Shown here piece after piece: positions 38,636 through 48,752 of a stretch of DNA of 51,955 nt. The stretch's first letter is position 1. Each line of letters starts with the position of its first letter. Source of the DNA: a virus (Duplodnaviria; Caudoviricetes); the IMG/VR virus record IMGVR_UViG_3300032218_002598, positions 1-51,955 of that record; one strand, written 5' to 3'. Below the pieces are notes generated by a model, which ran no database searches, was not told where the DNA came from, and was given only the letters and a program-made list of their open reading frames with translations. Both the position numbers and the translations under genes were made by a program.

Positions 38636-39556
38636 TTATGAATATACTCTTATTTCTATTGGGGTGTTTTGCAATGCATTATCGCCATTAAGTGCTAAAA
38701 TTTCCATCATATTAGGTGGAGCTGGGAGCGTTATTGACGCACCTGAATCACCACCACCCGTAAAGTCTGTGGTTCCTATTAAAGCAAAAGTTTTTTCATT
38801 AATAAAAAGCCCATTAGAATTTATATTATAATCACCACCTACATAATAAGTAAACCAAACATTCCCAATAGTATTCTCTAATACTGTTACTACTGGCGCT
38901 CCAGTGTTGTAATCTAATCTTATGTCTCCTGATGTAACAATTACTCCATCTTTTGTTGAAACAAAAAATGTTCCTACAGTATTATTAGGTGAACCAAATT
39001 CAGTAAAATCAAAATTTGCATCATTTATTGTTATTTCATAAGTTATTCCTTTATAAATATTTTCATCACCAACAATATAACTTGGTGCATCCCCACCATT
39101 CTGTGTTAATAAAGCTGTATACACTTTATATCCCCCTATATTTGAATTATCAATTAAATCATTGATATTTCCTGATACAAGGTAAGTATTACCCTTAAAT
39201 GTTATTGTAGAAACTCCCATTCCTGCTTCTTGTATGCCAATCCCATTTACAGGGAAAGCATAAAGCCTAGGTGCAGGTATGGGATTTTGGTTGATTTCTA
39301 GGACGCTAACCTGTACTAACGAAGTACCTGCAAGTCCCATAATAGTATTAAAACTATCTGCACAATACAATGATGTATACGCTAATTGATTTGATGTATT
39401 GCTATACCATTGAATAACCGTAGAAGCCCCTGAATATACTGGGTTATCTATTTCATATACTAATATATCTGAAGTTAATACTGACTTGTGAGCTGACATC
39501 TTTAGAGGACTGCCATCTATATAAAGTACTTGTTGTAGGTCTAACTGATTTGCCAT
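38636..39556 (-). CDS. Mosaic virion protein
   Basis: Two short N-terminal repeats plus YKVYTALLTQ...VLENTIG...IEIRVY C-terminal domain with nested insert. Confidence 0.7.
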   Translation of the reverse strand: MANQLDLQQVLYIDGSPLKMSAHKSVLTSDILVYEIDNPVYSGASTVIQWYSNTSNQLAYTSLYCADSFNTIMGLAGTSLVQVSVLEINQNPIPAPRLYAFPVNGIGIQEAGMGVSTITFKGNTYLVSGNINDLIDNSNIGGYKVYTALLTQNGGDAPSYIVGDENIYKGITYEITINDANFDFTEFGSPNNTVGTFFVSTKDGVIVTSGDIRLDYNTGAPVVTVLENTIGNVWFTYYVGGDYNINSNGLFINEKTFALIGTTDFTGGGDSGASITLPAPPNMMEILALNGDNALQNTPIEIRVYS

Positions 39557-39578
39557 TTTTATTTTATTTTATTTTATT

Positions 39579-40568
39579 TTATTGCCCTTGCTTTTTAATA
39601 TCGTTTGCGTATTGGATAATATTTTGTGATTGAAGATTAACTCCCACCATTACCAATGCTCTAGAAATTACATCAAGCATAGTTGTATCCCCCCATAGAG
39701 GTTGTACACTTGCCTGATTAATAGTTAATGTAATAGTCCCATCAAATAAGTTAAATGGAGTAATTGTAAGTGGGCTACTTGATGTTGCATAACCACTATA
39801 TGTTATAGTACCACTCCCTGCAAAAAAAGTAAGCCCCCCAAATTCAACCTTTACATAACTATTGGGTGGTATTGCTCCTGTTATTGTAACTGATATATTA
39901 TAATACAATTCCTGAACGGAACTAAATGCTCCTACTAATGGAGCTGTTCCAGCAGCAGTTGTATGGGTGTACCCTGTTGAAAATGATGTACCTGTCCATC
40001 CTGTACCCGAACCTGTTGTGGCTATCTGAGGTCCCACTTCACTATAAACAGGCCTTCCATTCCCATCTAAAGTATATGCCCAAATAACATTTGGTGCATT
40101 TCTTACATAACTTAATTTAGCTGAACCTATATTGATAGGGTAAAATTGAAACCCTGCTTCTTTTAATAAGTATATTGGATTTTGGGCTACGGGATCTATT
40201 TGGCTATTGTAAAAAGAATACAATTTGTCTTGCTCTACCTCCCTAACTCTATCGAAGTTAGCCCCATAATACATCGCATCTGCTAAAACATAATCAGATG
40301 GATATGCTACTGTTCCCTGATTATTTATTGTCAAATTACTTTCAACAATAAAGGGGGATAGTATTTGCCTTAAAGTTAGGCTTCCTCCTAATTCAACAGG
40401 TGCCACAGGCCTCCCATATTGATACTTTTGCAGACTCCCTATAAGATAAGAAATATAACTCCTCTGTGCTTGATTTATTATATTATTAAAATCAGCAGGG
40501 CTAAGATAACCCTGCTGATTCTTATTTAAGATATACTGCATCAACACATATGTGTCGTTTACGTTCAT
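39579..40568 (-). CDS. Head-tail adaptor/ring protein with inserted beta domain
   Basis: ILNKNQQGYLSP.DFN..INQAQ N-terminus; Thr/Gly-rich insert between GRPVY and VQPLW. Confidence 0.7.
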   Translation of the reverse strand: MNVNDTYVLMQYILNKNQQGYLSPADFNNIINQAQRSYISYLIGSLQKYQYGRPVAPVELGGSLTLRQILSPFIVESNLTINNQGTVAYPSDYVLADAMYYGANFDRVREVEQDKLYSFYNSQIDPVAQNPIYLLKEAGFQFYPINIGSAKLSYVRNAPNVIWAYTLDGNGRPVYSEVGPQIATTGSGTGWTGTSFSTGYTHTTAAGTAPLVGAFSSVQELYYNISVTITGAIPPNSYVKVEFGGLTFFAGSGTITYSGYATSSSPLTITPFNLFDGTITLTINQASVQPLWGDTTMLDVISRALVMVGVNLQSQNIIQYANDIKKQGQ

Positions 40569-40575
40569 CTATTTT

Positions 40576-41442
40576 CTATTTTGATATGCTTTTCAATTTA
40601 CTTAAAAACTCTCGTCCTTCAGTTGTATTGGTCATAGCTAATTCTGTCAGTTGTTTTACTGGGTTCATTTTAGAAGCCATCTTAGTGATGAAACCTCCAG
40701 ATCCCCAATAAGCTGAACCAGGCTGTTTTGCTATATCAATCTGGTTACTTATAATGGCTGACTTAATCTGCCAATGAATCTCTACTTCCTGAACATTATC
40801 AACCATTGCTTGGAATACTGTTGAATTTTTCTTAGCATAAAGCATTACTTCTTGCCTTAATGCGCTTTCTGGCTTTACTTGAGCTAACTCGTTTACAAGG
40901 TGAACCCCTATAAAACTTGCATACTTTTTTAAAGTATCAGAGTCCATCTCTTTAGCTTTGATTGCCATCTCTAATTCAAGCATTTCCTTCTTCAATGATT
41001 CTTCAGCTTGTTTAGCTGGATCATATTCAAAGAATTCAAATCTTGGTGCTCTCAGTCTGTTTTTAACCTCTAGGTTAGAATTGCACATTCTTGCAAATTC
41101 CAGAGCAGCGGTGTCCATTTTATTGATTCTACAAATACGCGCCTTAAATTCCAAAGATCTCCTGTTATTTCGGATATACTCTTTATCAATATCCTTTTGA
41201 TCTGACATCCATATTGAGCTAACTCCTGTAAGTAATCTAATCCTCTCAGCCTTCCCTGTCTTAGGATTTAATACATCATCAGTTCCATCAATATAAACAC
41301 CTTTTTTTTGATTCCCTTTCAGCTTGAAAATTACGAATTGATTTCCAACTGAACCATAAGAATTATGAATATCTACTACAACATTTTCAGATTCTTGTCT
41401 AGAGATACCCATTGCGCCTTCTACATCTGCAATACTTGCCAT
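40576..41442 (-). CDS. Conserved crAss-like protein downstream of capsid gene
   Basis: SIW...Q, FFEYDP...AE, LR...M.YAK.N...F pattern; synteny. Confidence 0.65.
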   Translation of the reverse strand: MASIADVEGAMGISRQESENVVVDIHNSYGSVGNQFVIFKLKGNQKKGVYIDGTDDVLNPKTGKAERIRLLTGVSSIWMSDQKDIDKEYIRNNRRSLEFKARICRINKMDTAALEFARMCNSNLEVKNRLRAPRFEFFEYDPAKQAEESLKKEMLELEMAIKAKEMDSDTLKKYASFIGVHLVNELAQVKPESALRQEVMLYAKKNSTVFQAMVDNVQEVEIHWQIKSAIISNQIDIAKQPGSAYWGSGGFITKMASKMNPVKQLTELAMTNTTEGREFLSKLKSISK

Positions 41443-41461
41443 TTTTTTTAATTTTTAAGGT

Positions 41462-42364
41462 TTAAAATACCCCCACTGCGGTGGGATTGTTAATAAATAG
41501 ATCTTTATAAATAAATATGTGCCCAGATCTTATAGGCTTCATATTGTTGTAACAAGAAGCTCTTATTATAGTTGTCTTTGGAATTTTTAAACTTTTTGAG
41601 GCTTCCATAGCTGAAGGGTATTCAATGATTTTTTTATCATTAATATAAAGTACTGGCCTTTTAACGTTTGCTTTATTTATTTTTTTTATGGATATTTTTT
41701 GAGGTATTTTATATTTTTTATACCTAAAAACAAACCCAAAAGCATTAGTTTTTTTGCCAGAACAAACATCACATATTTGTGATGCTCTCTTTATCCCACA
41801 ACCCAATGCAGCTGCGGTTGCTGACTCATACTCCTTTATAAATTCTCCATTCGAATTATAACAAAGAACTGGTCTCATTACTTTTTTTCTGCCTTTCTCG
41901 ACTCCCCATTCTGGAACCTTTCTGCCATCTTTTAAATTTCTTTCAGATGCAGCTTTTGACATGATTTTTCTAGTTTCTTCCGAATGTTTTTTACCATAAA
42001 ATGGATTACCTTCTTTAGAAAACTTTTCTGATTGCTCCTTTCTTCTTTTTGTATCTTTTATCCAAGAACTTCTTTGCCCCTCACCTCCCAAAGTCATATT
42101 CATTCCTTGTGGATTTGATTGATAATATGTATTAAATTTTTCAATCCAATACATTTCTCTTTCATTCATCAACCCATCCTCAATTTCTTCAATGACTTCT
42201 AACTTGTGTAAGTCCCATCCATACTTTCTAATACTATTATATAAAATATGTTTGAAACCTTTTTTAGAATGTGATTTGTGGCCATTAATTCTTTTTCTAA
42301 GACAATAGGTTTTACCTATATAAATCTTATTATTTGGATTCGTTATTTTATAAATAAACCCCAT
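41462..42364 (-). CDS. Free-standing GIY-YIG homing endonuclease with NUMOD3/NUMOD1 modules
   Basis: FIYKITN..NKIYIG, N.T.GGEG, NPFYGKKHSEET, FIKEY.S...AA twice. Confidence 0.92.
   Translation of the reverse strand: MGFIYKITNPNNKIYIGKTYCLRKRINGHKSHSKKGFKHILYNSIRKYGWDLHKLEVIEEIEDGLMNEREMYWIEKFNTYYQSNPQGMNMTLGGEGQRSSWIKDTKRRKEQSEKFSKEGNPFYGKKHSEETRKIMSKAASERNLKDGRKVPEWGVEKGRKKVMRPVLCYNSNGEFIKEYESATAAALGCGIKRASQICDVCSGKKTNAFGFVFRYKKYKIPQKISIKKINKANVKRPVLYINDKKIIEYPSAMEASKSLKIPKTTIIRASCYNNMKPIRSGHIFIYKDLFINNPTAVGVF
41463..41487 (-). terminator. Terminator overlapped by the endonuclease 3' end
   Basis: Minus strand TCCCAC-CGCA-GTGGGG-GTATTTT. Confidence 0.6.
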
Positions 42365-42378
42365 AAATTATTTAAAGA

Positions 42379-42428
42379 AGCTGGGGCAATCAACACTTTG
42401 TATTACTTTGTATTAATTTACCCCAGCT
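42379..42428 (-). other. Long hairpin between capsid and endonuclease genes
   Basis: AGCTGGGG-TA-A-ATTAATAC...GTGTTGAT-TG-CCCCAGCT then TCTTT; contains TAATACAAAG twice. Confidence 0.65.
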
Positions 42429-42438
42429 AACTTATTGA

Positions 42439-43914
42439 TTATGAACCTGCTACAATTACGAACTGATTAGCAGCAGCCACACGAAGGCCGCGATACCCAA
42501 TCATTTCGATTTGATCTACCATAGTTCCGTTGGTTGGGTTCATAGAACCACCACCATGTTGCCATACGCGAATACCGTTTCCGATAGTACCACCTTTTTG
42601 AGGTTGTTGATACATAACAGTGATATTCTTGATATTAGCACCATCAGAAGTACTAGCATCTCTAGTTACACCTTGTGGGCAGATAACTCCGAAGTTACGG
42701 AAGTAATCAATGTTTGGAGTTAAACCAGTAGTAACTTCAGTATTGAAGCCTTTGTACTTTTTAACTTTAAACATATAACCATCGATATAAAGACTCTGAA
42801 CGCCATAATTTACGGCAGCTTCTTCTGAAGTTTCATTCTTACCCCAAACATAAGCACCAGCAGGATATTCTTGGAATATACCATCGCTGAAGTTTTGTCT
42901 TTGGAAGATATCTTGTAACCAGATGTTGTCTTTAGCACAACCGTTAACGTCCATTATACGAGTGATCTCGTGTAATTTAGCGATATCAAGAGTACCTGGA
43001 GTGTATGTTACAGTTTCTCCGTCAGCTTGTACTTTAGGAATGAATCCTTCTGTACCTACTGAGTTAGTTCCGTAAAAACCACTTCCGTTATCTACTCTGT
43101 TACCTCTCATTAACTTGTTTTCCACGTTATTAAGGAAACGTCTGTTAGATTTAACAAGACCCTTGTAAGTGAAATAACTTGTACCTGATTGAGAACCACC
43201 AGCCATATCAGGTCCGCTAACGCCAGATGAATAGTAAACTTCAGTCATTTCAGCAAGGTCAGTTGCTTTCCATGATTCACGCATCTCAGTGATGGTGTTT
43301 GATTGTTTAACATCCAAATGGATAAGTGGATCGATTGATTCAGAAGCCTCACCAGCATCCATATCACCACCAAACAAAAGAACATCAGATGTTTCGATTG
43401 TAGCTGATCCCGCAGTTGCCAAAGCTTGTGTAGCCAATTTAGGCTTAACTACAAATTGGAAAGCGAATGCAGTAGTGCTAGTGATAGCTGTGATTTGACC
43501 TTCTACGTTTGTAGATGCAATACGAATAGTTTCACCAACACGAAGTGGAGATGAATCACCATTGTTTGTGCTACCAGCTGGGCTACCATTTGTATAGTGA
43601 TCAGCTGCTGCTAGTTGCAAAGTAACTGATTGACCAGGTACAGATGGATCTCCAGATATAACATCTGAAATGCTAACACCAACCATCAATTTACCGCGAT
43701 TCTCAAACCAAAAGAAGTCACGATTTTTTACTTCTTCCATACCAGCGTAAGTAGCTAGCCATTGAAAGAATTCTTCATTACCGTACTTTTCAACATATTT
43801 GTTGTAGTACTGAGGGGTCAATAACTGAAGGTCAGATATGAGGGCCCTATTTACGCCTGATGCTAACGATATTGCACCTGGCTGTAAAATGTTTCCAGTA
43901 GGAATTCCTGCCAT
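42439..43914 (-). CDS. Major capsid protein (crAss-like HK97 fold)
   Basis: 491 aa; YVEKYGNE, FFWFE.RGKL, LRVGETI, GTEGFI..V...G; follows scaffold; codon usage of a highly expressed gene. Confidence 0.88.
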   Translation of the reverse strand: MAGIPTGNILQPGAISLASGVNRALISDLQLLTPQYYNKYVEKYGNEEFFQWLATYAGMEEVKNRDFFWFENRGKLMVGVSISDVISGDPSVPGQSVTLQLAAADHYTNGSPAGSTNNGDSSPLRVGETIRIASTNVEGQITAITSTTAFAFQFVVKPKLATQALATAGSATIETSDVLLFGGDMDAGEASESIDPLIHLDVKQSNTITEMRESWKATDLAEMTEVYYSSGVSGPDMAGGSQSGTSYFTYKGLVKSNRRFLNNVENKLMRGNRVDNGSGFYGTNSVGTEGFIPKVQADGETVTYTPGTLDIAKLHEITRIMDVNGCAKDNIWLQDIFQRQNFSDGIFQEYPAGAYVWGKNETSEEAAVNYGVQSLYIDGYMFKVKKYKGFNTEVTTGLTPNIDYFRNFGVICPQGVTRDASTSDGANIKNITVMYQQPQKGGTIGNGIRVWQHGGGSMNPTNGTMVDQIEMIGYRGLRVAAANQFVIVAGS

Positions 43915-43935
43915 TTTTTTAAATTTTTAAGTTAA

Positions 43936-44991
43936 TTAATTAGAGAAAAAGTGATCTGCCATTCTATCTATTTCTGATTTTTCTCCAGAAGGATTGAAAT
44001 TGGCTTGGTTCCCATTGTTAACGCTTATGTTACTTGTTTGTTTGCGATACTCTGTGATACGCTTTGAAACTGCATCATTAACTAACTTCTGAACAATTTT
44101 GTCTTTGTTTTGGAAAAACCAAATGTCCTCGGCTATTTTCTTTGTATTTAATGAATAATCATCGTTCACCCATCTTTCGGCAAACAATGCGTTAGCATCA
44201 AATTCAGAACTTGCCAAGTCGTCCATTAAATTTGCAACTTCTTGTTTTTCTTCAATTGACGGAACATAAGATGAAACAAAAGACGCACTTTCGTCCTTGT
44301 ATTCCACATTTAATCCCGAAAATTCATTTATAGTAGACTCTGCATTCCTAAAGTAACTTTCTACATAGGCCTCTTGATTAGCCAAGTCCTCTGGCGATTT
44401 AGGGTCTTTGTTGTTACCTAGGGAAGGCAGTTTAATCTCCGATTGTTGTTTTACTAAGTCAGGTCTTACTGTCTTAGCTTCTATCAATAGTTCAGTATTA
44501 ATGTCCTGAATCTTTTGATTGTATTCGTCCATTTTTTCTTGAAACTCATCATCTGATTCGGTCAAGTCTTGAACTGGCTCTTTAGGGAGCTTATACTGAC
44601 GATTGAACTTATAGTTAACTTCTTCGTCTGTAAGGTCTGTGTACTTTAGCTTTAGATGTGTCTTTACTATATCTTCTGCTATAGACCTGTCTTTAATCTC
44701 TGCATTTGATAGCTTATCTAACCTGTTCTTTTGCTCTAGGTAAGTGTAAACTTCATCGTGCTTCCCATCAACTAAAGCCTTGTGAATTCTTTCACTTAGC
44801 TCATTCTCATACTTAAATGAAGGCTGACTAGGAGCTTCTTCTTGCTCAACCTCTTGCTCTGTTTCTTGAGGTTCAGATTGTACTTGTACTTCTTCCTGTA
44901 CATTATCTTGTACATCATTTTTTACGGGAGCATCGCTCCAACTTTCTTCTGCGAAAGGATTTACTTCTGGGCTTACTTCTTGATTTTCCAT
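43936..44991 (-). CDS. Putative capsid scaffolding protein
   Basis: Highly acidic, helical, immediately upstream of capsid gene. Confidence 0.7.
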   Translation of the reverse strand: MENQEVSPEVNPFAEESWSDAPVKNDVQDNVQEEVQVQSEPQETEQEVEQEEAPSQPSFKYENELSERIHKALVDGKHDEVYTYLEQKNRLDKLSNAEIKDRSIAEDIVKTHLKLKYTDLTDEEVNYKFNRQYKLPKEPVQDLTESDDEFQEKMDEYNQKIQDINTELLIEAKTVRPDLVKQQSEIKLPSLGNNKDPKSPEDLANQEAYVESYFRNAESTINEFSGLNVEYKDESASFVSSYVPSIEEKQEVANLMDDLASSEFDANALFAERWVNDDYSLNTKKIAEDIWFFQNKDKIVQKLVNDAVSKRITEYRKQTSNISVNNGNQANFNPSGEKSEIDRMADHFFSN

Positions 44992-45006
44992 TTTTTTGTT
45001 TATGTT

Positions 45007-45318
45007 TTATTTTGTTGAAATTTTTGCTAACATTACTAGTACTTTATCTATTAAACTTACATCTGGAGAGTACAATTTGACATACCTTCCTACCACATTT
45101 AATCTCCCTATTTTATCCCCTATAACTGAACTAATAGAATTATCATTTAAAATAGTAGCTGACACCTCAAAAAAGTTATCAGCAGTTAGTGCATTACCAT
45201 CTGTTACTCCCTCTACCGCTCCACTATCAATTGTTGAAGATAAATAAACATTACCACTATTTAATTGTATTAAACAATAATCATAATTACTTACATCAAT
45301 AACAATATATCCATCCAT
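45007..45318 (-). CDS. C-terminal part of small paralog copy 4
   Basis: DVSNYDYCLIQ...STIDSGAVEGV.D...VVGRYVKL...VLVMLAKI; lacks the MIAQYL start. Confidence 0.8.
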   Translation of the reverse strand: MDGYIVIDVSNYDYCLIQLNSGNVYLSSTIDSGAVEGVTDGNALTADNFFEVSATILNDNSISSVIGDKIGRLNVVGRYVKLYSPDVSLIDKVLVMLAKISTK

Positions 45319-45336
45319 AGTTTTGGTTTTGTTTTA

Positions 45337-48231
45337 TTATACTCCTATTAATGTTACAGTGTTGTTTGCTTGTAAATATGTTATATCACAATCTATCGAA
45401 TATATAGGAGGTGGGAAAACATCTCTACAATTAGCTATACAGCAACATTCAGTTGTAGCAAGTGAATTAGAAACTGTTAATGTTATTGTATTACCTGTTA
45501 TATTATCAAACATATCACTATTATTACATGTATATGGATAACCTAAATTAATACAGCTTGGTATATAGATTGTTTGTATAGATAAGTTATTTTGGAACCC
45601 AAGTTCTTCAATGGTTTCCATTTTATCTAAATAGGCTGTTGTTAAACTAAAACAACCTTGAAATGATCCAGCTTTTGCATAAGTTACACCAAGTAAATAA
45701 GCTGATGTGATAATACAAGCTCCAAAACAATTGCCCCCAAGAGCTGTAATACAACCATTTGCATCTATTATCTCTACTAAATTAGTTTTCCAATCTACTA
45801 TTTCATATAAGGTTACATCAGCACCACCATATAGGTAAACACTACTGCCTACAGTTACAGATGTAAAAGGAACTGCTGGCCCTATATGAGGAAACCCAAA
45901 TAAAGTATTCCATTGAGTTACATCTGTAGGATCTACAACAGGATATGAGCCATTAAACTTTAACACTAATGGTATTGACACTGTGTTATTATGTATTAAT
46001 GTTGTTATATCAGCATCTGGGTGATGACTACCACCGCAATCCATTACATATGGAGAAACTATTAAAGATATAGTCTGCCCAGTGATCCCATTAAATACAT
46101 CATTACCATGACAACCATCACCAATAGCTGTACATACAGGGATTGATAGATATGTTAAAGAGAAACAATTTTCAAAACACTCATTCCCAACTGTTATTAA
46201 ACTTGGTAAATCAACTGTTGTTAGAGATGTACAACCTAGGAAACAATAATCACCAGCATTTATTAGATTTGGTAATGATATTGTTGTTGATGATGAACAA
46301 TTATAGAAACAACTAGCACCAGCAGTTGTTAAATTTGGTAATGATATTGATGTTAGAGATGTACAACTTTGGAAACAAGCACCACCAGCAGTTGTTAGAC
46401 TTGGTAATGATATTGTTGTTAGAGATGTACAACTTACGAAACAAGCACCACCAGCAGTTGTTAGACTTGGTAAGTCTATTGATGTTAGAGATGTACAACT
46501 TCCAAAACAATCATTACCAGCAGTTGTTAGATTTTGTAATGATATTGATGATAGAGATATACAACTTGCGAAACAATCATTACCAGCAGTTGTTAGAAGT
46601 GGTAAATTTACTGATGATAGAGCTGTACAACTTTCAAAACAACCATCACCAGCAGTTGTTAGACTTGGTAAGTCTATTGATGTTAGAGATGTACAACTTC
46701 CAAAACAACCATTACCAGCAGCTATTATACAATTTGATTGATTGTCTAATATTTGTTGTATTGTAGATCCATTAAATAAATCATTCTTTAATGTTATTCC
46801 AAGACCCCCAAATAAATAAGTGATAGAAGGACTACCGCTTACATAATATACAGATGTAAAAGGAGTTCCATTTGTAGGTAGGTAAAATAATTTATTCCAA
46901 TCATCAACATTACTTGGATCACCAACTATACCATCTCCCATTATCCTTAATGGGAATAATACAGTGTTATTAGCTATTAGATATTGAAGATCCCCATCTG
47001 GAAGTCCTACATTACAAGTAAGTAGAGCATCAGGAACAATCACTGTAATAGTTTGCCCTGTTATCCCAAAAAATACATCATTATTTCCTACGGACCCTCC
47101 TAAATTAGTACATAATGGTATTGATAGTGATGTTAGGGATGTACAATTTGAGAAAAATCCATAACCAATAGTTGTTATAATTGGGAACTCTACTGTTGTT
47201 AAAGATGTACAACTTGTAAAACAATCATTACCAGCTGTTTCTAAAATCGGTAATGATATTGATGATAGATTTGTACAATTACTAAAACACTCTCCACCCA
47301 TAATAGTCACAAGTGGCAAATCTACTGTTGCTAAATTTGTACATGAATAGAAGCAATAATTGTTAATGACTGTTAGAGCAGGTAATGATACTGTTGTTAG
47401 AGATGTACAACTTCGGAAACAACCACCCCCAGCAGTTTCTAGAAGTGGTAAATCTACTGATGTTAGAGATATACAATACCCAAAACAATCATCACCAGCA
47501 GTTGTTAAACTTGGTAGTGATATTGAAGTTAAAGATGAGCAATAATTAAAACACTGAAGACTAGCTGTTGTTAGAAGTGGTAATGATACTGATGCTAAAG
47601 ATGTACACCCAATAAAACAATTATCCCCAGCACTTATTAGATTTGGGAAATCTATTGAATCTAGTAAATAACAATTCCAAAATGTATATTCACCTAAAGT
47701 TGTTATAGAGCTAAATGGTAATGTTAAACCACTACTTGGAAGAATAGTACATTCAAAAAAAGTTGTAGCTGCTATAGTGGAACATGATGGTAGATATACA
47801 TAGTATAAGTTAAAACATCCTCCAAAAACACCAAAACTTATACTTATATTATCATTAAGTGTTTGTGTTACATTAGGACACGATATTCTTTCTAAATTAG
47901 ATTGTTCAAGAGGTCCACCAAAGGTTTGATCTCCTAAAGTGATAATACAACCAGCATCATCATTGAATTCTAATAAATGTATATTGTCTGAAAATAGGTT
48001 GGCTTTAGTTTCAATATTAGCCCCACCATATAATTTCACCTCATTACCAACTATTTCAACTGATGTAAAAGGAGTCCCATATGTAGGGAGGTCAAAATAT
48101 GTGTTCCAAGCTGCTAAGTCATTTGCTGTTACAGGTGTATTGGCTATATCATCCCATAGAAGTCTTAATCCAGGGGATGCAGGGGGCGTAATAAAGTCCT
48201 TATTCGTAAATTGTAAATACTGTGCTATCAT
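45337..48231 (-). CDS. BspA-type leucine-rich repeat protein fused to N-terminal peptide of paralog copy 4
   Basis: MIAQYLQFT start; three capped solenoids (WN..F..P...PFTSV...YGG to D.D...L..NNTV) of 22-aa CTSLTSISLPSLTTAG..CF repeats. Confidence 0.88.
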   Translation of the reverse strand: MIAQYLQFTNKDFITPPASPGLRLLWDDIANTPVTANDLAAWNTYFDLPTYGTPFTSVEIVGNEVKLYGGANIETKANLFSDNIHLLEFNDDAGCIITLGDQTFGGPLEQSNLERISCPNVTQTLNDNISISFGVFGGCFNLYYVYLPSCSTIAATTFFECTILPSSGLTLPFSSITTLGEYTFWNCYLLDSIDFPNLISAGDNCFIGCTSLASVSLPLLTTASLQCFNYCSSLTSISLPSLTTAGDDCFGYCISLTSVDLPLLETAGGGCFRSCTSLTTVSLPALTVINNYCFYSCTNLATVDLPLVTIMGGECFSNCTNLSSISLPILETAGNDCFTSCTSLTTVEFPIITTIGYGFFSNCTSLTSLSIPLCTNLGGSVGNNDVFFGITGQTITVIVPDALLTCNVGLPDGDLQYLIANNTVLFPLRIMGDGIVGDPSNVDDWNKLFYLPTNGTPFTSVYYVSGSPSITYLFGGLGITLKNDLFNGSTIQQILDNQSNCIIAAGNGCFGSCTSLTSIDLPSLTTAGDGCFESCTALSSVNLPLLTTAGNDCFASCISLSSISLQNLTTAGNDCFGSCTSLTSIDLPSLTTAGGACFVSCTSLTTISLPSLTTAGGACFQSCTSLTSISLPNLTTAGASCFYNCSSSTTISLPNLINAGDYCFLGCTSLTTVDLPSLITVGNECFENCFSLTYLSIPVCTAIGDGCHGNDVFNGITGQTISLIVSPYVMDCGGSHHPDADITTLIHNNTVSIPLVLKFNGSYPVVDPTDVTQWNTLFGFPHIGPAVPFTSVTVGSSVYLYGGADVTLYEIVDWKTNLVEIIDANGCITALGGNCFGACIITSAYLLGVTYAKAGSFQGCFSLTTAYLDKMETIEELGFQNNLSIQTIYIPSCINLGYPYTCNNSDMFDNITGNTITLTVSNSLATTECCCIANCRDVFPPPIYSIDCDITYLQANNTVTLIGV
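46190..47660 (-). repeat. Two arrays of 66-nt coding tandem repeats (approx. 46190-46720 and 47130-47660)
   Basis: Recurring ACCAGCAGTTGTTAGACTTGGTAA...TGTTAGAGATGTACAACT with 66-nt period. Confidence 0.9.
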
Positions 48232-48232
48232 A

Positions 48233-48532
48233 TTACCCTATTTTAGCTAACATTACTAATACTTTACTAGCTCTGCCATTTATAATTACATATCTTCCTA
48301 CAACATCAATTCTATATATACCATCTTGATTCGTATATTGAACTAATGAATTATCAGAAATTTTTGTAGTTGATACACCATAATAATGATCATATTGACT
48401 AAAAGAAGAAATAAACACTAAATCTGAAATACCAATTGCTTGTATTAAACAATAGTCATAATTACTTGCATCTATAATAGCAAGATCAGTTGTGTTCAAT
48501 TCTTTTGTTACATCTAAATACTGCGCTATCAT
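48233..48532 (-). CDS. Small paralog copy 3 (intact; putative capsid decoration protein)
   Basis: MIAQYLD...SNYDYCLIQ...VVGRYV...VLVMLAKIG. Confidence 0.8.
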   Translation of the reverse strand: MIAQYLDVTKELNTTDLAIIDASNYDYCLIQAIGISDLVFISSFSQYDHYYGVSTTKISDNSLVQYTNQDGIYRIDVVGRYVIINGRASKVLVMLAKIG

Positions 48533-48533
48533 A

Positions 48534-48734
48534 TTATCCTATTTTAGATAACATTATTAATACTTTACAATCTGGCGGGAATTGAAACCCATCAGCTGTT
48601 TCTATTCTAATATATTTCCCAACCACATCAAATTTAAAAGAACCATCTTCATTAGTTTCAGATACATTATCATTGTTTGATATGTTAGTAGCTGATGTTA
48701 AACTAAAATTATCGGCTGGTAATAATACATCCAT
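48534..48734 (-). CDS. C-terminal part of small paralog copy 2
   Basis: ADNF...SAT...VVGKYIRI...VLIMLSKIG. Confidence 0.75.
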   Translation of the reverse strand: MDVLLPADNFSLTSATNISNNDNVSETNEDGSFKFDVVGKYIRIETADGFQFPPDCKVLIMLSKIG

Positions 48735-48752
48735 TTTTTTTAATTTTAATTT

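Noticed and set aside
46190-47660. Regular repeats resembling a CRISPR array
   Set aside because: The 66-nt period equals 22 codons in an open LRR frame; no unique spacers and no cas genes
45319-48752. Readthrough or self-splicing introns/inteins explaining the split genes
   Set aside because: Stops are TAA (doubled at 45334-45339); no group I/II intron or intein motifs seen at the junctions
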